64,000 bases of DNA from a virus. The translations under genes were made by a program, and so were the position numbers. Within the stretch, counting starts at the first letter, position 1. Each line of letters begins with the position of its first letter. The notes below the pieces were generated by a model. The model was not told the DNA's origin, did no database searches, and saw only the letters and a list, made by a program, of their open reading frames with translations. Positions 1 through 8,823 of the stretch are shown piece after piece. Location of the stretch: the IMG/VR virus record IMGVR_UViG_3300032093_000074, positions 15,214-79,213 of that record. One strand, given 5' to 3'.

Positions 1-1
1 T

Positions 2-340
2 GACAACACCGGGGATAGCCGTGCAACCGTCCTCATCATTGATGGGACCCGTGTCAACGATGTCCGAATCTACGACGACGAAATCACCCCATGCTTGAAA
101 AACAGGATGGGGACAGGAGGCAACAACGTGCCACTCATACAGGAGCAAGAAATGCAAGTACGCAGACTCACCCCCGTCGAATGTGAACGACTCATGGGAT
201 GGCCCGACAACCACACACTCCCCCGAGCAGACGGCAAAACAAACAGCGACACCACCCGCTACAAAATGTGCGGCAACGGAGTCGCATCACCAGTAGCCCA
301 ATGGATAGCAGAACAAATCAACAATGCAGAACATCTGTGA
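2..340 (+). CDS. DNA (cytosine-5) methyltransferase, C-terminal part (truncated by window edge)
   Basis: Frame open from base 2; RRLTPVECERLMGWPD and RYKMCGNGV match C5-MTase motifs IX and X. Confidence 0.85.
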   Translation, partial: DNTGDSRATVLIIDGTRVNDVRIYDDEITPCLKNRMGTGGNNVPLIQEQEMQVRRLTPVECERLMGWPDNHTLPRADGKTNSDTTRYKMCGNGVASPVAQWIAEQINNAEHL

Positions 341-460
341 CCATTGCGGAACCGTCAACCTCGCCCTCACAACCTGGACACGGCAACAAATCGAAGGATG
401 CGAATGCGGATGCCACCAAGCACAGGCATACCGGATAGCGAAAAAAACCAAATCAAAGAA

Positions 461-736
461 ATGGAAAAAATGAGAAACAAAAACTGGAGAAACGAAGCAG
501 CATGCCGCGGGGTGGACATCGCCATCTTCTACCAAGGGCGAGGAAGCGGACCCCGCATGTACGACAAAGCCCGAGAATACTGCAACCAATGCCCAGTCCT
601 AGCTGACTGTTTCGAGTTCATCATGGAAATAGAACTAGACCCACACAACCACCGCTGCGGAATGTTCGCAGGACTCACCCCCAAGCAACGTGCCGCATAC
701 CAAGCACAAAGAGACACCAATGTTTCTGCCTCTTAA
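461..736 (+). CDS. whiB: WhiB-family transcription factor
   Basis: W..AAC...IFY...AREYCNQCPVLADC...GMFAGLTPKQR: four-Cys WhiB pattern. Confidence 0.9.
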   Translation: MEKMRNKNWRNEAACRGVDIAIFYQGRGSGPRMYDKAREYCNQCPVLADCFEFIMEIELDPHNHRCGMFAGLTPKQRAAYQAQRDTNVSAS

Positions 737-974
737 ATGGATGAGCGAAGCAGCATGTGTCGGTGCCCCAACAGAAATCTTCTTCCCCGAAATCAACGGT
801 GGCAACACCGAAGAAGGCTGGGTTGAAGCCCGAAAATACTGCGCTGAATGCACCGTCCGAAAAGAATGTTTGGCGCTAGTCCAACAATGGGAAAGCCCGG
901 ACGTCCGCCGCAACGGAATGTGGGGCGGGATGACACCAACCGAACGTGACAGGCATTTCTCCCGCAAAAGATGA
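720..974 (+). CDS. whiB: WhiB-family transcription factor (second, tandem)
   Basis: WMSEAAC...IFFP...CAECTVRKEC...GMWGGMTPTER. Confidence 0.92.
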   Translation: MFLPLKWMSEAACVGAPTEIFFPEINGGNTEEGWVEARKYCAECTVRKECLALVQQWESPDVRRNGMWGGMTPTERDRHFSRKR

Positions 975-1252
975 CGCACGAAGGCGTCGGATGTTGGCGC
1001 ACGGACCCGTCCCATTGCAAACAGGGCCGGTTGGGGAATGCAATAGCCTGCGCTCAACTGCCAGGAAGGGGATACCGACAGGAGCGCAGGCTACGAAGAA
1101 GACTCTACAAGGTTCGAAGCTATCTGCGCAACACTCCACGCCTAACCCCAACAACAATACAGTCAGACGGCAACCCGCATCCCGCAACCGCCGCTAACGC
1201 AGCTTGGCGGGACCCATGCGGATACGCACCCGCCAACGCCCCCCACGGTTGA
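971..1252 (+). CDS. hypothetical protein
   Basis: ATGA overlap with upstream whiB; no motif recognised. Confidence 0.5.
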   Translation: MTHEGVGCWRTDPSHCKQGRLGNAIACAQLPGRGYRQERRLRRRLYKVRSYLRNTPRLTPTTIQSDGNPHPATAANAAWRDPCGYAPANAPHG

Positions 1253-1344
1253 CCGGTTCGAACATGCGGACCCAACCAAAACACTTGAACCGAACCGAAC
1301 CGCCGAAACACTACGAAAACAACACGGCGGGACCGGGCACGGGG

Positions 1345-1380
1345 CAAAAGCAGATGGCGGACCTTTCGGCCCGCCACCTC
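1345..1380 (-). terminator. probable terminator of the leftward early operon
   Basis: Minus strand AGGTGGCGGGCC-GAAA-GGTCCGCCATCT followed by GCTTTT, between convergent genes. Confidence 0.55.
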
Positions 1381-1415
1381 CCCAACATGCTTGACGACAG
1401 ATAAGGCGTCAGATG

Positions 1416-1691
1416 TCATCCGCCCACCTGTATTTCCCACTCGGCCACCAAAGCAGCCACCGCTATACGTTGCGTATCGGGGCGTGAAGACAAAACCAGC
1501 GGGGAATATTCAGACACGGCTACCCGCACGGACCCGTCCGACTCACCGAAACAAATACCCCGTGCCCACCTCTCCACATATTCGACGACAGGGGCAGGGA
1601 CCTTCCCACGGCGAACCCCCCGATTGTCCGCCAAGACAACAACCTCCGCATAAGCGGTGCCCAAGTCACATTTGAGGAGATATGTTTTCAT
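1416..1691 (-). CDS. hypothetical early protein
   Basis: MKTYLLKC...; overlaps stop of upstream gene. Confidence 0.65.
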   Translation of the reverse strand: MKTYLLKCDLGTAYAEVVVLADNRGVRRGKVPAPVVEYVERWARGICFGESDGSVRVAVSEYSPLVLSSRPDTQRIAVAALVAEWEIQVGG

Positions 1692-1861
1692 CTCGGCACC
1701 CGTGCAGCCAGCAGGACCGCCGTCCAAAGACGGTCAGAGTCGGGGGCATTGTCGACGGCGTGCCAATCCTCCGCCGTCCAAAGTGAAGTATTGACAACAA
1801 CGAAGCGCCCAGGAGTGGCATCCCCAAAAGTGCCGTCGTCGGTAAAGAATGTCAAAGACAT
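1688..1861 (-). CDS. hypothetical early protein
   Basis: MSLTFFTDDG...; RBS-like GAAAGGG upstream. Confidence 0.7.
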   Translation of the reverse strand: MSLTFFTDDGTFGDATPGRFVVVNTSLWTAEDWHAVDNAPDSDRLWTAVLLAARVPR

Positions 1862-1904
1862 ATGAACCCTTTCTATGTTTAACCTTCCGGCACGGTGCCG
1901 AAAA

Positions 1905-1956
1905 GTAGCGGACGGGGTGGGAATCGAACCCACCGAAGGCACCAACGCCCCCGCCC
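1905..1956 (-). ncRNA. anticodon-less tRNA-like element 1
   Basis: Minus strand GGGCGGG / GGCGTTGGTGCC / TTCG / GTGGG-TTCGATT-CCCAC / CCCGTCC-G: 7-bp acceptor-like stem, D-like hairpin, canonical 5-bp plus 7-nt T-arm. Confidence 0.7.
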
Positions 1957-1963
1957 TGTAGGA

Positions 1964-2188
1964 CTATCGCCGTCCCGCCATCATCAAAGTGAACGCACCC
2001 CCCAACATTCCAAGACCCGCAGGCAGGCCCCACCCTTCAGACTCGCCCGCAGCGTACGCAACAAACGCCCCGCAGACGGTGGCAAGGGCGAACATGGCCC
2101 GCCACCGCCCGCCGATACGTTCACGCTCCGCCCATTGCTCCGCCGTAAACGTGCGTGAAGGCGTCTCACGGTAATGCCCCCGCATCAC
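1964..2188 (-). CDS. small membrane protein
   Basis: Two hydrophobic stretches; coupled to upstream gene. Confidence 0.65.
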   Translation of the reverse strand: MMRGHYRETPSRTFTAEQWAERERIGGRWRAMFALATVCGAFVAYAAGESEGWGLPAGLGMLGGAFTLMMAGRR

Positions 2189-2565
2189 TCGGCCCCCCTG
2201 TAGCTGTCACGCTCCGCCGCATCCATAGCGGACCATAGGCCCGCCTGCACGCCACGGAGTGCCCGCATAGCCTCCGCCTTGGTGGAACCCAAATAGCCCG
2301 AACCCAAACGGAGCGGGTCGAAGTGTGCCGTGCGGTATTTGTCCCCGCCGGAACCATTCAACCGCCACGCCCGCCCATACGTCACCGAGCCTTCATCTAA
2401 AACCAAATGGGGGAACCGGTAACGGCTGTCCGCCAAATGTTCCGGCATAGGCTCCGCAGAATCGGCGGACCACTCGCCCCCCTCCAATATCCCTAGCGCC
2501 TTGCACATTCTTTCAATATCGGCCGCAAGCTTGCGCAGGTCCCCTACTGTCACTCTCTCAGACAT
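2185..2565 (-). CDS. hypothetical early protein
   Basis: ATG with GAAGGGG RBS; 126 aa. Confidence 0.75.
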   Translation of the reverse strand: MSERVTVGDLRKLAADIERMCKALGILEGGEWSADSAEPMPEHLADSRYRFPHLVLDEGSVTYGRAWRLNGSGGDKYRTAHFDPLRLGSGYLGSTKAEAMRALRGVQAGLWSAMDAAERDSYRGAE

Positions 2566-2611
2566 TCTTTACCCCTTCATTATGTTCAACCCCCCCGCCC
2601 CATGCGGGGAG

Positions 2612-2659
2612 GTAGCGGACGGCGGGGGAATCGAACCCCCGCAAGGCACCTGCCCGCCC
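2612..2659 (-). ncRNA. anticodon-less tRNA-like element 2
   Basis: Minus strand GGGCGG / GCAGGTGC / CTTG / CGGGGG-TTCGATT-CCCCCG / CCGTCC-GCTAC; same 3' tail as element 1. Confidence 0.7.
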
Positions 2660-2665
2660 CACCTT

Positions 2666-3289
2666 CTAGCGCTTCGGTTGACGCTGGGGCATCAGAACCC
2701 CTACGAACCGGTGCGGACCTTGCACCGACTCAACCCGTGTCGGTTTCGTATCGTGAACCGCCACCATCACCGCCCCGTCGGTTTTGCCGGCGAAAACCTG
2801 GGCAGACTTGAAAAGGTCCGCCATGTGGCCCCCGTTAAAACATGCGGGGAGTGTCGGCGGGTTGTCTGCCATTGCAAGAATCGAAGCGCAGTTAGGCGAC
2901 TCACCCCACAAAAGCGGGAGAGTGCAGGACGCTTTGAAAGTGGAAAGAGCCACGAACCCTTCCGATTCATCCACCGCAAAACCTACCGGCGTGTCACGCT
3001 TTTCCGGATTCTTTAAAGCAGCTTTCACGAAGGCGCTCAGAGTCTTCACCGCATCGGCGGGCAAAACCATAGAACCGTTACGGTTCATAAAAGCATCGTG
3101 CGCCGATGTCTCTAGTTCTACTGAATGCAGACGGTACGAATCGGTAGCCCACACTCTCGCCGTCTCTGCTGGATGCATCTCAAAGTGAAGCGCATTCAAC
3201 ATGGGCCGATTCTTTTCCGAAGACATGGCAGGCGTGACCGCTCCCAAAATGTCGGACAGTAGCCCCGCCCGAAAATCGATAACCAACAT
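2666..3289 (-). CDS. DNA polymerase III beta-clamp-like protein (about two of the three DnaN domains)
   Basis: RPMLNAL...WATDSYRL...VLPADAV...FNGGHM...GVLMPQR resemble DnaN central and C-terminal motifs. Confidence 0.75.
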   Translation of the reverse strand: MLVIDFRAGLLSDILGAVTPAMSSEKNRPMLNALHFEMHPAETARVWATDSYRLHSVELETSAHDAFMNRNGSMVLPADAVKTLSAFVKAALKNPEKRDTPVGFAVDESEGFVALSTFKASCTLPLLWGESPNCASILAMADNPPTLPACFNGGHMADLFKSAQVFAGKTDGAVMVAVHDTKPTRVESVQGPHRFVGVLMPQRQPKR

Positions 3290-3333
3290 TGTTAACCCCT
3301 TTACTTTCATGTAGTGCCCACGGTGGGCACCGT

Positions 3334-3373
3334 CCCTGTCCCGAATCGAATCGGCACGCCCAAGGCGACAGGG
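3334..3373 (-). ncRNA. anticodon-less tRNA-like element 3 (variant)
   Basis: Minus strand CCCTGTC / GCCTTGGGC / GTG / CCGA-TTCGAT-TCGG / GACAGGG. Confidence 0.55.
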
Positions 3374-3511
3374 GGAGCGGGTCTGTTATTCGGCAGTGAA
3401 CCCTACCGAATCCCCACACGATGCGCACACGGTAGCGGGTGCATCACCGTGACACCCATCCCATCCACCGTAAATGGCTCCTGTATCGGCCACTCATTGC
3501 CGACACCCCCA

Positions 3512-3540
3512 ACAATACCGAATAGTCGGACTATTGACAA
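3512..3540 (-). promoter_or_regulatory. SigA-like early promoter with palindromic spacer
   Basis: TTGTCA-17-TATTGT on minus strand; inverted repeat AATAGTC-G-GACTATT at 3521-3535. Confidence 0.65.
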
Positions 3541-4197
3541 GGGGGAAATAGCAAATATTCCCCACCCCAAAAACCAGGATTTTGCCCCCCAAGATTCGAA
3601 CCCCCCACCCTCCCGCACCCCCACCTGCCTGCCTTCCCACCTTGTAGGCGCACCTTCCCGAAACATACGCACCCCCTCCGCCGGTACCTTTCTGATTGTT
3701 GCCGTCCCCGTGTCCCCCGCTACCTGTGCCCGCCTGCCTTTTGTTTCGGACCCGCCCTGCCTGTCCCCGTTGCCTGTCTGCCGGAGCGCTCGGGCTGCAC
3801 ACGCAACCGGCCAAGTGCCGAGGCACCCCCCTGCCAATATACTTATTATCGGTTCTGTATGTGTTCACACTAGGTTTGGTATCAACGAAGTTGATACCCT
3901 GGGGGGTTTGTGGTTGGTTTTGTGGTGTTGTATTGCTTGGTCGAGTTTGTATTAGTGGGTTTTGTATTAGCTTGCGGGCGTGACGGCTGTCACGTGGTTG
4001 GGTGGCCGGGGTGTCGAACATGCGGCTTATTGGCAGAAAAAGAAAAAGTTGCCAAAAAGAAAAAGGTTGTATCCGACCCGGCGTTGTCGGCCAGCCTGCT
4101 TTGTTGCATCCTGGTAGCAACCGAGCTTGCGAGGGCGGTAGCCAGCGGCATTCATGCTGTTCGGCTTGCGTCTTGCCCGCTGGAACAGCAGACAGGC

Positions 4198-4463
4198 TTC
4201 TGCTCCCCCCACGCTTCGACACTCTTTTGAGAGCATCCGGTGGCCGTTAGCTATCTTCAAGCCGACACCGTACAAATCCTTTTTCTCCCCCTCGACGTAT
4301 CTGTTGCGCTACCGTTCTATGTCTCGGTACTAGGTTCTTCAACAGGCGTTTTTTGCATGGGAGGGCGGTCCCCGTTTCCGGCCATATACACCCTTCCCAC
4401 CTCCATGCTCTGCGATGGGGTCCGGGTCATGCTTGCCCTGTCGCTTCCCAGCGAGGGGGACTT
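4198..4463 (-). ncRNA. candidate structured ncRNA, copy A (homologue at 50592-50851)
   Basis: Colinear conserved blocks with the B copy (41-nt identity 4354-4394 = 50740-50780), covarying stems, G.U pairs and a GAAA tetraloop that favour the minus strand. Confidence 0.75.
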
Positions 4464-4536
4464 ACTCGATTAGATGACCGACACTTGAGACGTAAGCCAG
4501 ATGGCTGTCACAGAGGTGCCGGTCGTACCGACATTG

Positions 4537-4567
4537 ATAGTAGCAGAACCGTATGGTATGTTGTCAA
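4537..4567 (-). promoter_or_regulatory. promoter reading into ncRNA copy A
   Basis: TTGACA-19-TACTAT with TGn extended -10; spacer is long. Confidence 0.55.
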
Positions 4568-4573
4568 CTACAC

Positions 4574-6550
4574 ATGGGGACTAGACGGATAGTTTCAGAC
4601 GCAGACAAAGCCCGCTACTGGGCTGCACGACAGTCCGGCATGTCACAGAAAGATGCCTCCAGAATCGCAGGCATCCACTTCAACACCGCCTCCAACTGGG
4701 AAAAGAAACGCTCCGAAACAAAAGCAGCTCTAGAACTAGCACAAGTTGAAGGGAAACAACACCGCAAAAATCAGGGTGGGAACCAAAACGATTCAATGAA
4801 ACTGTTGGCAGACTCACTCGAACTGCCCCCAGCTATACCCCACGACCGGCTCTGCCCCGAAGCAAAACGAGGGTTGGAGGACTTCGACTTTTTCAGAACC
4901 TACTATTTGGGGCGTGTCCCATCCCCTTGGCAGGTTGAAGCCGCATACAAGATTGTTCAATATCTAGAATCCCCTGAGAAAGAGTTTTTGGTGCTGAACG
5001 TCGCACCAGGCGCAGGCAAATCCACCCTATTCCACGATGTTGCTGTGTGGTGCATCGTCCGAAACCGTGCGATTCGAGTCCTCTACGGCTCTATCTCCCA
5101 AAACCTTGCGAAAATGTATTCAAGACGTATCCGAGACACGTTGGAACGCCCAACAGCTTTGGAACCCGACCCCGAACTGGTGAAGAAGGGGCTGGCAGTC
5201 AACGCTAAAGGCTGCCTATCTCTTGACTATGGCAGGTTCAAACCGGCATCGACAGGTGCTTTGTGGAGGGCAGATGAGTTCATTGTGGAACAGGACATTG
5301 TGGGCAACCTTGACAACAAGGAACCGACAGTCCGAGCGTACGGTATTGACGCCGAGTTCATCGGTCACCGAGCAGATTTGTGTCTTTTCGATGACGTTGC
5401 CTCTACAGAGAACGCCCGAGAATCAACTGCCCGAGACAAACTGTTGGAACGTTGGGATTCGATGGCGGAAGCCCGAGTTGACCCAGGCGGTCTGCTTGCC
5501 GTCATCGGACAGCGGTTGGGGCCGGGCGACCTGTACGCACATTGCCTATCTAAAGTCACATATGATGACGACGACTACGAATATGATGGTTCAGACGTAG
5601 AAAACCCGGAGGATATCCGTGCGGAACCCACTAAAAGGTCCAAATATCATCACATCATCTATCAGGCGTATTACCCCGAGCTTGATACGGGCAAAGAATC
5701 TCGTAGTGTTTCTGCCCTACCGTTTCCGAAAGGACCCCTTCTAGACCCTGTACGTCTTTCTTGGAAAGATTTGTCGTACATCAAATACTCTAACCCCACC
5801 ACTTTCAGGGTTGTGTACCAGCAGGAGGATGCGGCTGACGAATCCTATTTGGTGACACGCACCATGCTGACCGGTGGGATGGGCGACGACGGGGTTCTCT
5901 ACCAGGGCTGTATCGACAATGACCGGATGCCGGGGCAAATACCGTACGGGTTGGCCCCCCCGATTATTTCTATTGTCTCAGTAGACCCGTCACCCACCCA
6001 GTTTTGGGCTTTGACATGGATGCTGTACCAGCCTGACACCAACCTGTACCACATCATCGACGTTGAACGAACCAAACTGACTGCTGAAGGATTGTTGGGG
6101 TTCAACACAACCACCGGTGTGTATAGCGGGATGATGGAGGAATGGCAGAACCGGTCATGGTCTTTGGGGTATCCGATATCGCATTGGGTGGTGGAAATCA
6201 ACGCCGCCCAGCGGTTCCTGCTCGCCCACGACTTCATCCGCAAATGGCAGTCTTTGCATGGGGTGAACGTGGTCCCGCACACCACTTCTAGAAACAAGCT
6301 TGACGAAAACCTAGGTGTGGAGGCTCTGCTCCCCCCGTTGGTGCGTACCGGCGCTATGCGGTTCCCGTCGATGCGGGGCAACTGGAAGACGATGGCTGCG
6401 GTTGACGAACTATGCAAGTGGACCCGTGACAAAAAGAACGGCACCGACATTGTGATGAGTCTTTGGATGGGTGTACTCAACCTGCCGAACCTGACCCAAA
6501 CGAAGGCTCCGCCCCGTCTGTGGCGTCCGTCGTGGATGCTTGAACGCTGA
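4574..6550 (+). CDS. terminase large subunit with N-terminal HTH (phage A)
   Basis: Walker A APGAGKST, Walker B LCLFDD, nuclease VSVDPS and C-terminal DIVM; directly upstream of portal. Confidence 0.9.
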   Translation: MGTRRIVSDADKARYWAARQSGMSQKDASRIAGIHFNTASNWEKKRSETKAALELAQVEGKQHRKNQGGNQNDSMKLLADSLELPPAIPHDRLCPEAKRGLEDFDFFRTYYLGRVPSPWQVEAAYKIVQYLESPEKEFLVLNVAPGAGKSTLFHDVAVWCIVRNRAIRVLYGSISQNLAKMYSRRIRDTLERPTALEPDPELVKKGLAVNAKGCLSLDYGRFKPASTGALWRADEFIVEQDIVGNLDNKEPTVRAYGIDAEFIGHRADLCLFDDVASTENARESTARDKLLERWDSMAEARVDPGGLLAVIGQRLGPGDLYAHCLSKVTYDDDDYEYDGSDVENPEDIRAEPTKRSKYHHIIYQAYYPELDTGKESRSVSALPFPKGPLLDPVRLSWKDLSYIKYSNPTTFRVVYQQEDAADESYLVTRTMLTGGMGDDGVLYQGCIDNDRMPGQIPYGLAPPIISIVSVDPSPTQFWALTWMLYQPDTNLYHIIDVERTKLTAEGLLGFNTTTGVYSGMMEEWQNRSWSLGYPISHWVVEINAAQRFLLAHDFIRKWQSLHGVNVVPHTTSRNKLDENLGVEALLPPLVRTGAMRFPSMRGNWKTMAAVDELCKWTRDKKNGTDIVMSLWMGVLNLPNLTQTKAPPRLWRPSWMLER

Positions 6551-6591
6551 TTGTGTTACATTAAACAGCGAACCCGTCTCTAAGGAGTGTC

Positions 6592-6990
6592 ATGGCCGCT
6601 AAAAAGATGCCCGCAAAAAAGGTTGCAGCAAAAAAGTCTGCTGGACCGGTGAATCCGATTATTTCGGAAATCAAGAAAGCCATTGAAAAGGAAGGCGGTT
6701 TCCCCCGCTCTAAAGGCAAGAGCCGCAAAGAATATGTGCAGTCTGTCCAGGACGAAGGTTACGCTGGCGAAGTGAAGGTTGGGAACAAGTATTTTTCTGG
6801 TACTTCCAACCTTGTGCAACTTGCATACAAAGAGGTTGCAGGCAAGAAGTGGGACAGCATGAACAACTACTACAAAGCCACCGGCACGAAGCCTAAGAAG
6901 ATGTCTGCTGAACAAAACAAGCAGTTCCAAGCTGAACGTGCATACACCGGCAAGTCGGGTTCGGCAACAAAGAAGAAGCCTAAGAAGTAG
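6592..6990 (+). CDS. Lys-rich hypothetical protein
   Basis: AAGGAG RBS; AAKK/PAKK-rich termini. Confidence 0.75.
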   Translation: MAAKKMPAKKVAAKKSAGPVNPIISEIKKAIEKEGGFPRSKGKSRKEYVQSVQDEGYAGEVKVGNKYFSGTSNLVQLAYKEVAGKKWDSMNNYYKATGTKPKKMSAEQNKQFQAERAYTGKSGSATKKKPKK

Positions 6991-6993
6991 TTG

Positions 6994-8823
6994 ATGCGCA
7001 CAGTTGAAGAAATCCTTGCCATCTACCGTGAACGGTTCGATGCCCAAGGACCCATCTTGCAGCAGATGCGGGAGGTACGCACCCTCGCCAACGGCGATAT
7101 TGTTGTACCGCTCAACGAACTGGACCGGTCTGCACGTTCATCTGTAGCCAACCTTTTGGTTCAAGGGTTGGACCAGATGAGTATGCGTGTCGCCTCCACC
7201 ATGCCGGTCCCATATTTCCCTGCTATGCGGGAAGGCAACGACCGGAGCATGAAACTTGCCCGTGAACGCAAGAAAGCAATGCTGTCTATTTGGGACCAAA
7301 ACAGGTTGTCGCAAAAAATGCGCCGCCGTGCCCGCCACCTGCTCGCATATTCTTCAGCGCCAGTTTTCATCAAACCCAACTTTGATAAGCGTCTCCCCGA
7401 ATGGCATCTCCGCAACCCGCTCGACACGTTCGCAGCACCACAAGTAGACCTAGACAACCCTGTCCCCGACGACGTTATCTTCACCTACAACCGCACCTAC
7501 AAGTGGCTGATGAGCAACTACGGCTCCGTACTGAACGGTGTTCTGCGTGTCGGTGAACCCCGCCCCGACGACATGTTCACGATTCTTGAATATGTTTGCG
7601 CCAACGAGATTGTCACCGCCGTTGTTGGCACCGACAAAGACCGCAACCAGGTCACCGGCCAAAACTATGCTGGTGCAAAAATCGTTGAGATAGAACGAAT
7701 CCCGAACCGCACCGGTATGCCTCTAGTGGTTGTACCGCAACGCATCACGCTCGACCGCCCACACGGACAGTTTGATGGTCTGCTCGGCATGTACTACACC
7801 CGTGCAAGGTTGCAGGCACTTACCGAAATCGCTATCGAACGGGGCATCTTCCCCGACGAATATCTTATCGCCCGCCCAGGTGAGAACCCTGAAGTGATTC
7901 AGATTGCCGACGGCAAAACCGGACAGTTGGGTGTGGTCAAGGGTGGCGACATTCAGCAGTTGCAACAGAACCCAGGGTATAAGACAGATGTTGCGTTGGA
8001 CCGTTTGGAACGTCAGGAACGTCTAGAGGGTGCTATCCCGGCAGAGTTCGGTGGCGAATCCGGTTCAAATATTCGTACAGGTCGCCGCGGCGACTCCATC
8101 CTGTCCGCAACCGTAGATTTCCGTGTACAAGAATCCCAAGAAATTTTCGCAGCAGCACTCATTGAAGAAGACAAGATTGCTATTGCGCTCGAAAAAACGT
8201 ATTGGGGTAACAACGCCAAATCGTTCTTTATCCCCGGTATGGGCGGTGGCGTGAAAGACTACACACCTAACAAACTGTGGGAAACCGATTTCCACTATGT
8301 CGCATATTCGGCGGCAGGTTCCGATGTGAACAGTCTTATTGTTGGACTCGGCCAGCGTCTCGGCACCGGCCTCATGTCTAAAGAATCTGCCCGTGAAGCC
8401 GACCCGCTCATCTCCGACCCCGAGTTGGAACGTGACCGCATCGTCGCTGAAGGAATCGAATCGGCGCTTCTCGCATCCATCCAATCACAGGCTGCTGACC
8501 CGAACGGGCCGTACCAGCCGGAAGATTTGGCATACATCGCCATGCTGGTGCAAACCAACAAGATGTCGTTGCCTGAAGCGATTCAGGACGCTCAACGCCG
8601 TGCGCAGGAACGTCAAGCTGCGGAAGCCCCGCAGGGCGCACCCGAAACGATGCCAGGTTTGTCACCGGCAGGTATGGGCATGGAGCAACCTGTTGCACAG
8701 GCCGGTCCGCCCGACATCCAAGGTTTGTTGGCAAGTTTGCAAGGCGGTGGTGGCGCTGGTGCTGCCGCACCCCCAGGAACACCGGGTTCTGTTCTCAGTC
8801 TCGCAGGGAGGCTAGGTGGCTAA
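6994..8823 (+). CDS. portal protein (phage A)
   Basis: ~610 aa after TerL, low-complexity Q/G/P C-terminal tail typical of podovirus-like portals. Confidence 0.8.
   Translation: MRTVEEILAIYRERFDAQGPILQQMREVRTLANGDIVVPLNELDRSARSSVANLLVQGLDQMSMRVASTMPVPYFPAMREGNDRSMKLARERKKAMLSIWDQNRLSQKMRRRARHLLAYSSAPVFIKPNFDKRLPEWHLRNPLDTFAAPQVDLDNPVPDDVIFTYNRTYKWLMSNYGSVLNGVLRVGEPRPDDMFTILEYVCANEIVTAVVGTDKDRNQVTGQNYAGAKIVEIERIPNRTGMPLVVVPQRITLDRPHGQFDGLLGMYYTRARLQALTEIAIERGIFPDEYLIARPGENPEVIQIADGKTGQLGVVKGGDIQQLQQNPGYKTDVALDRLERQERLEGAIPAEFGGESGSNIRTGRRGDSILSATVDFRVQESQEIFAAALIEEDKIAIALEKTYWGNNAKSFFIPGMGGGVKDYTPNKLWETDFHYVAYSAAGSDVNSLIVGLGQRLGTGLMSKESAREADPLISDPELERDRIVAEGIESALLASIQSQAADPNGPYQPEDLAYIAMLVQTNKMSLPEAIQDAQRRAQERQAAEAPQGAPETMPGLSPAGMGMEQPVAQAGPPDIQGLLASLQGGGGAGAAAPPGTPGSVLSLAGRLGG

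Noticed and set aside
1905-3373. Bona fide tRNA genes
   Set aside because: Only 40-47 nt, with no anticodon arm and no CCA; kept as tRNA-like elements
3314-4592. Track ORFs across the A non-coding region, including MHGRAVPVSGHIHP ORFs at 4353 and 50739
   Set aside because: Low-complexity skewed DNA; similarity between copies breaks frame through indels and follows base pairing
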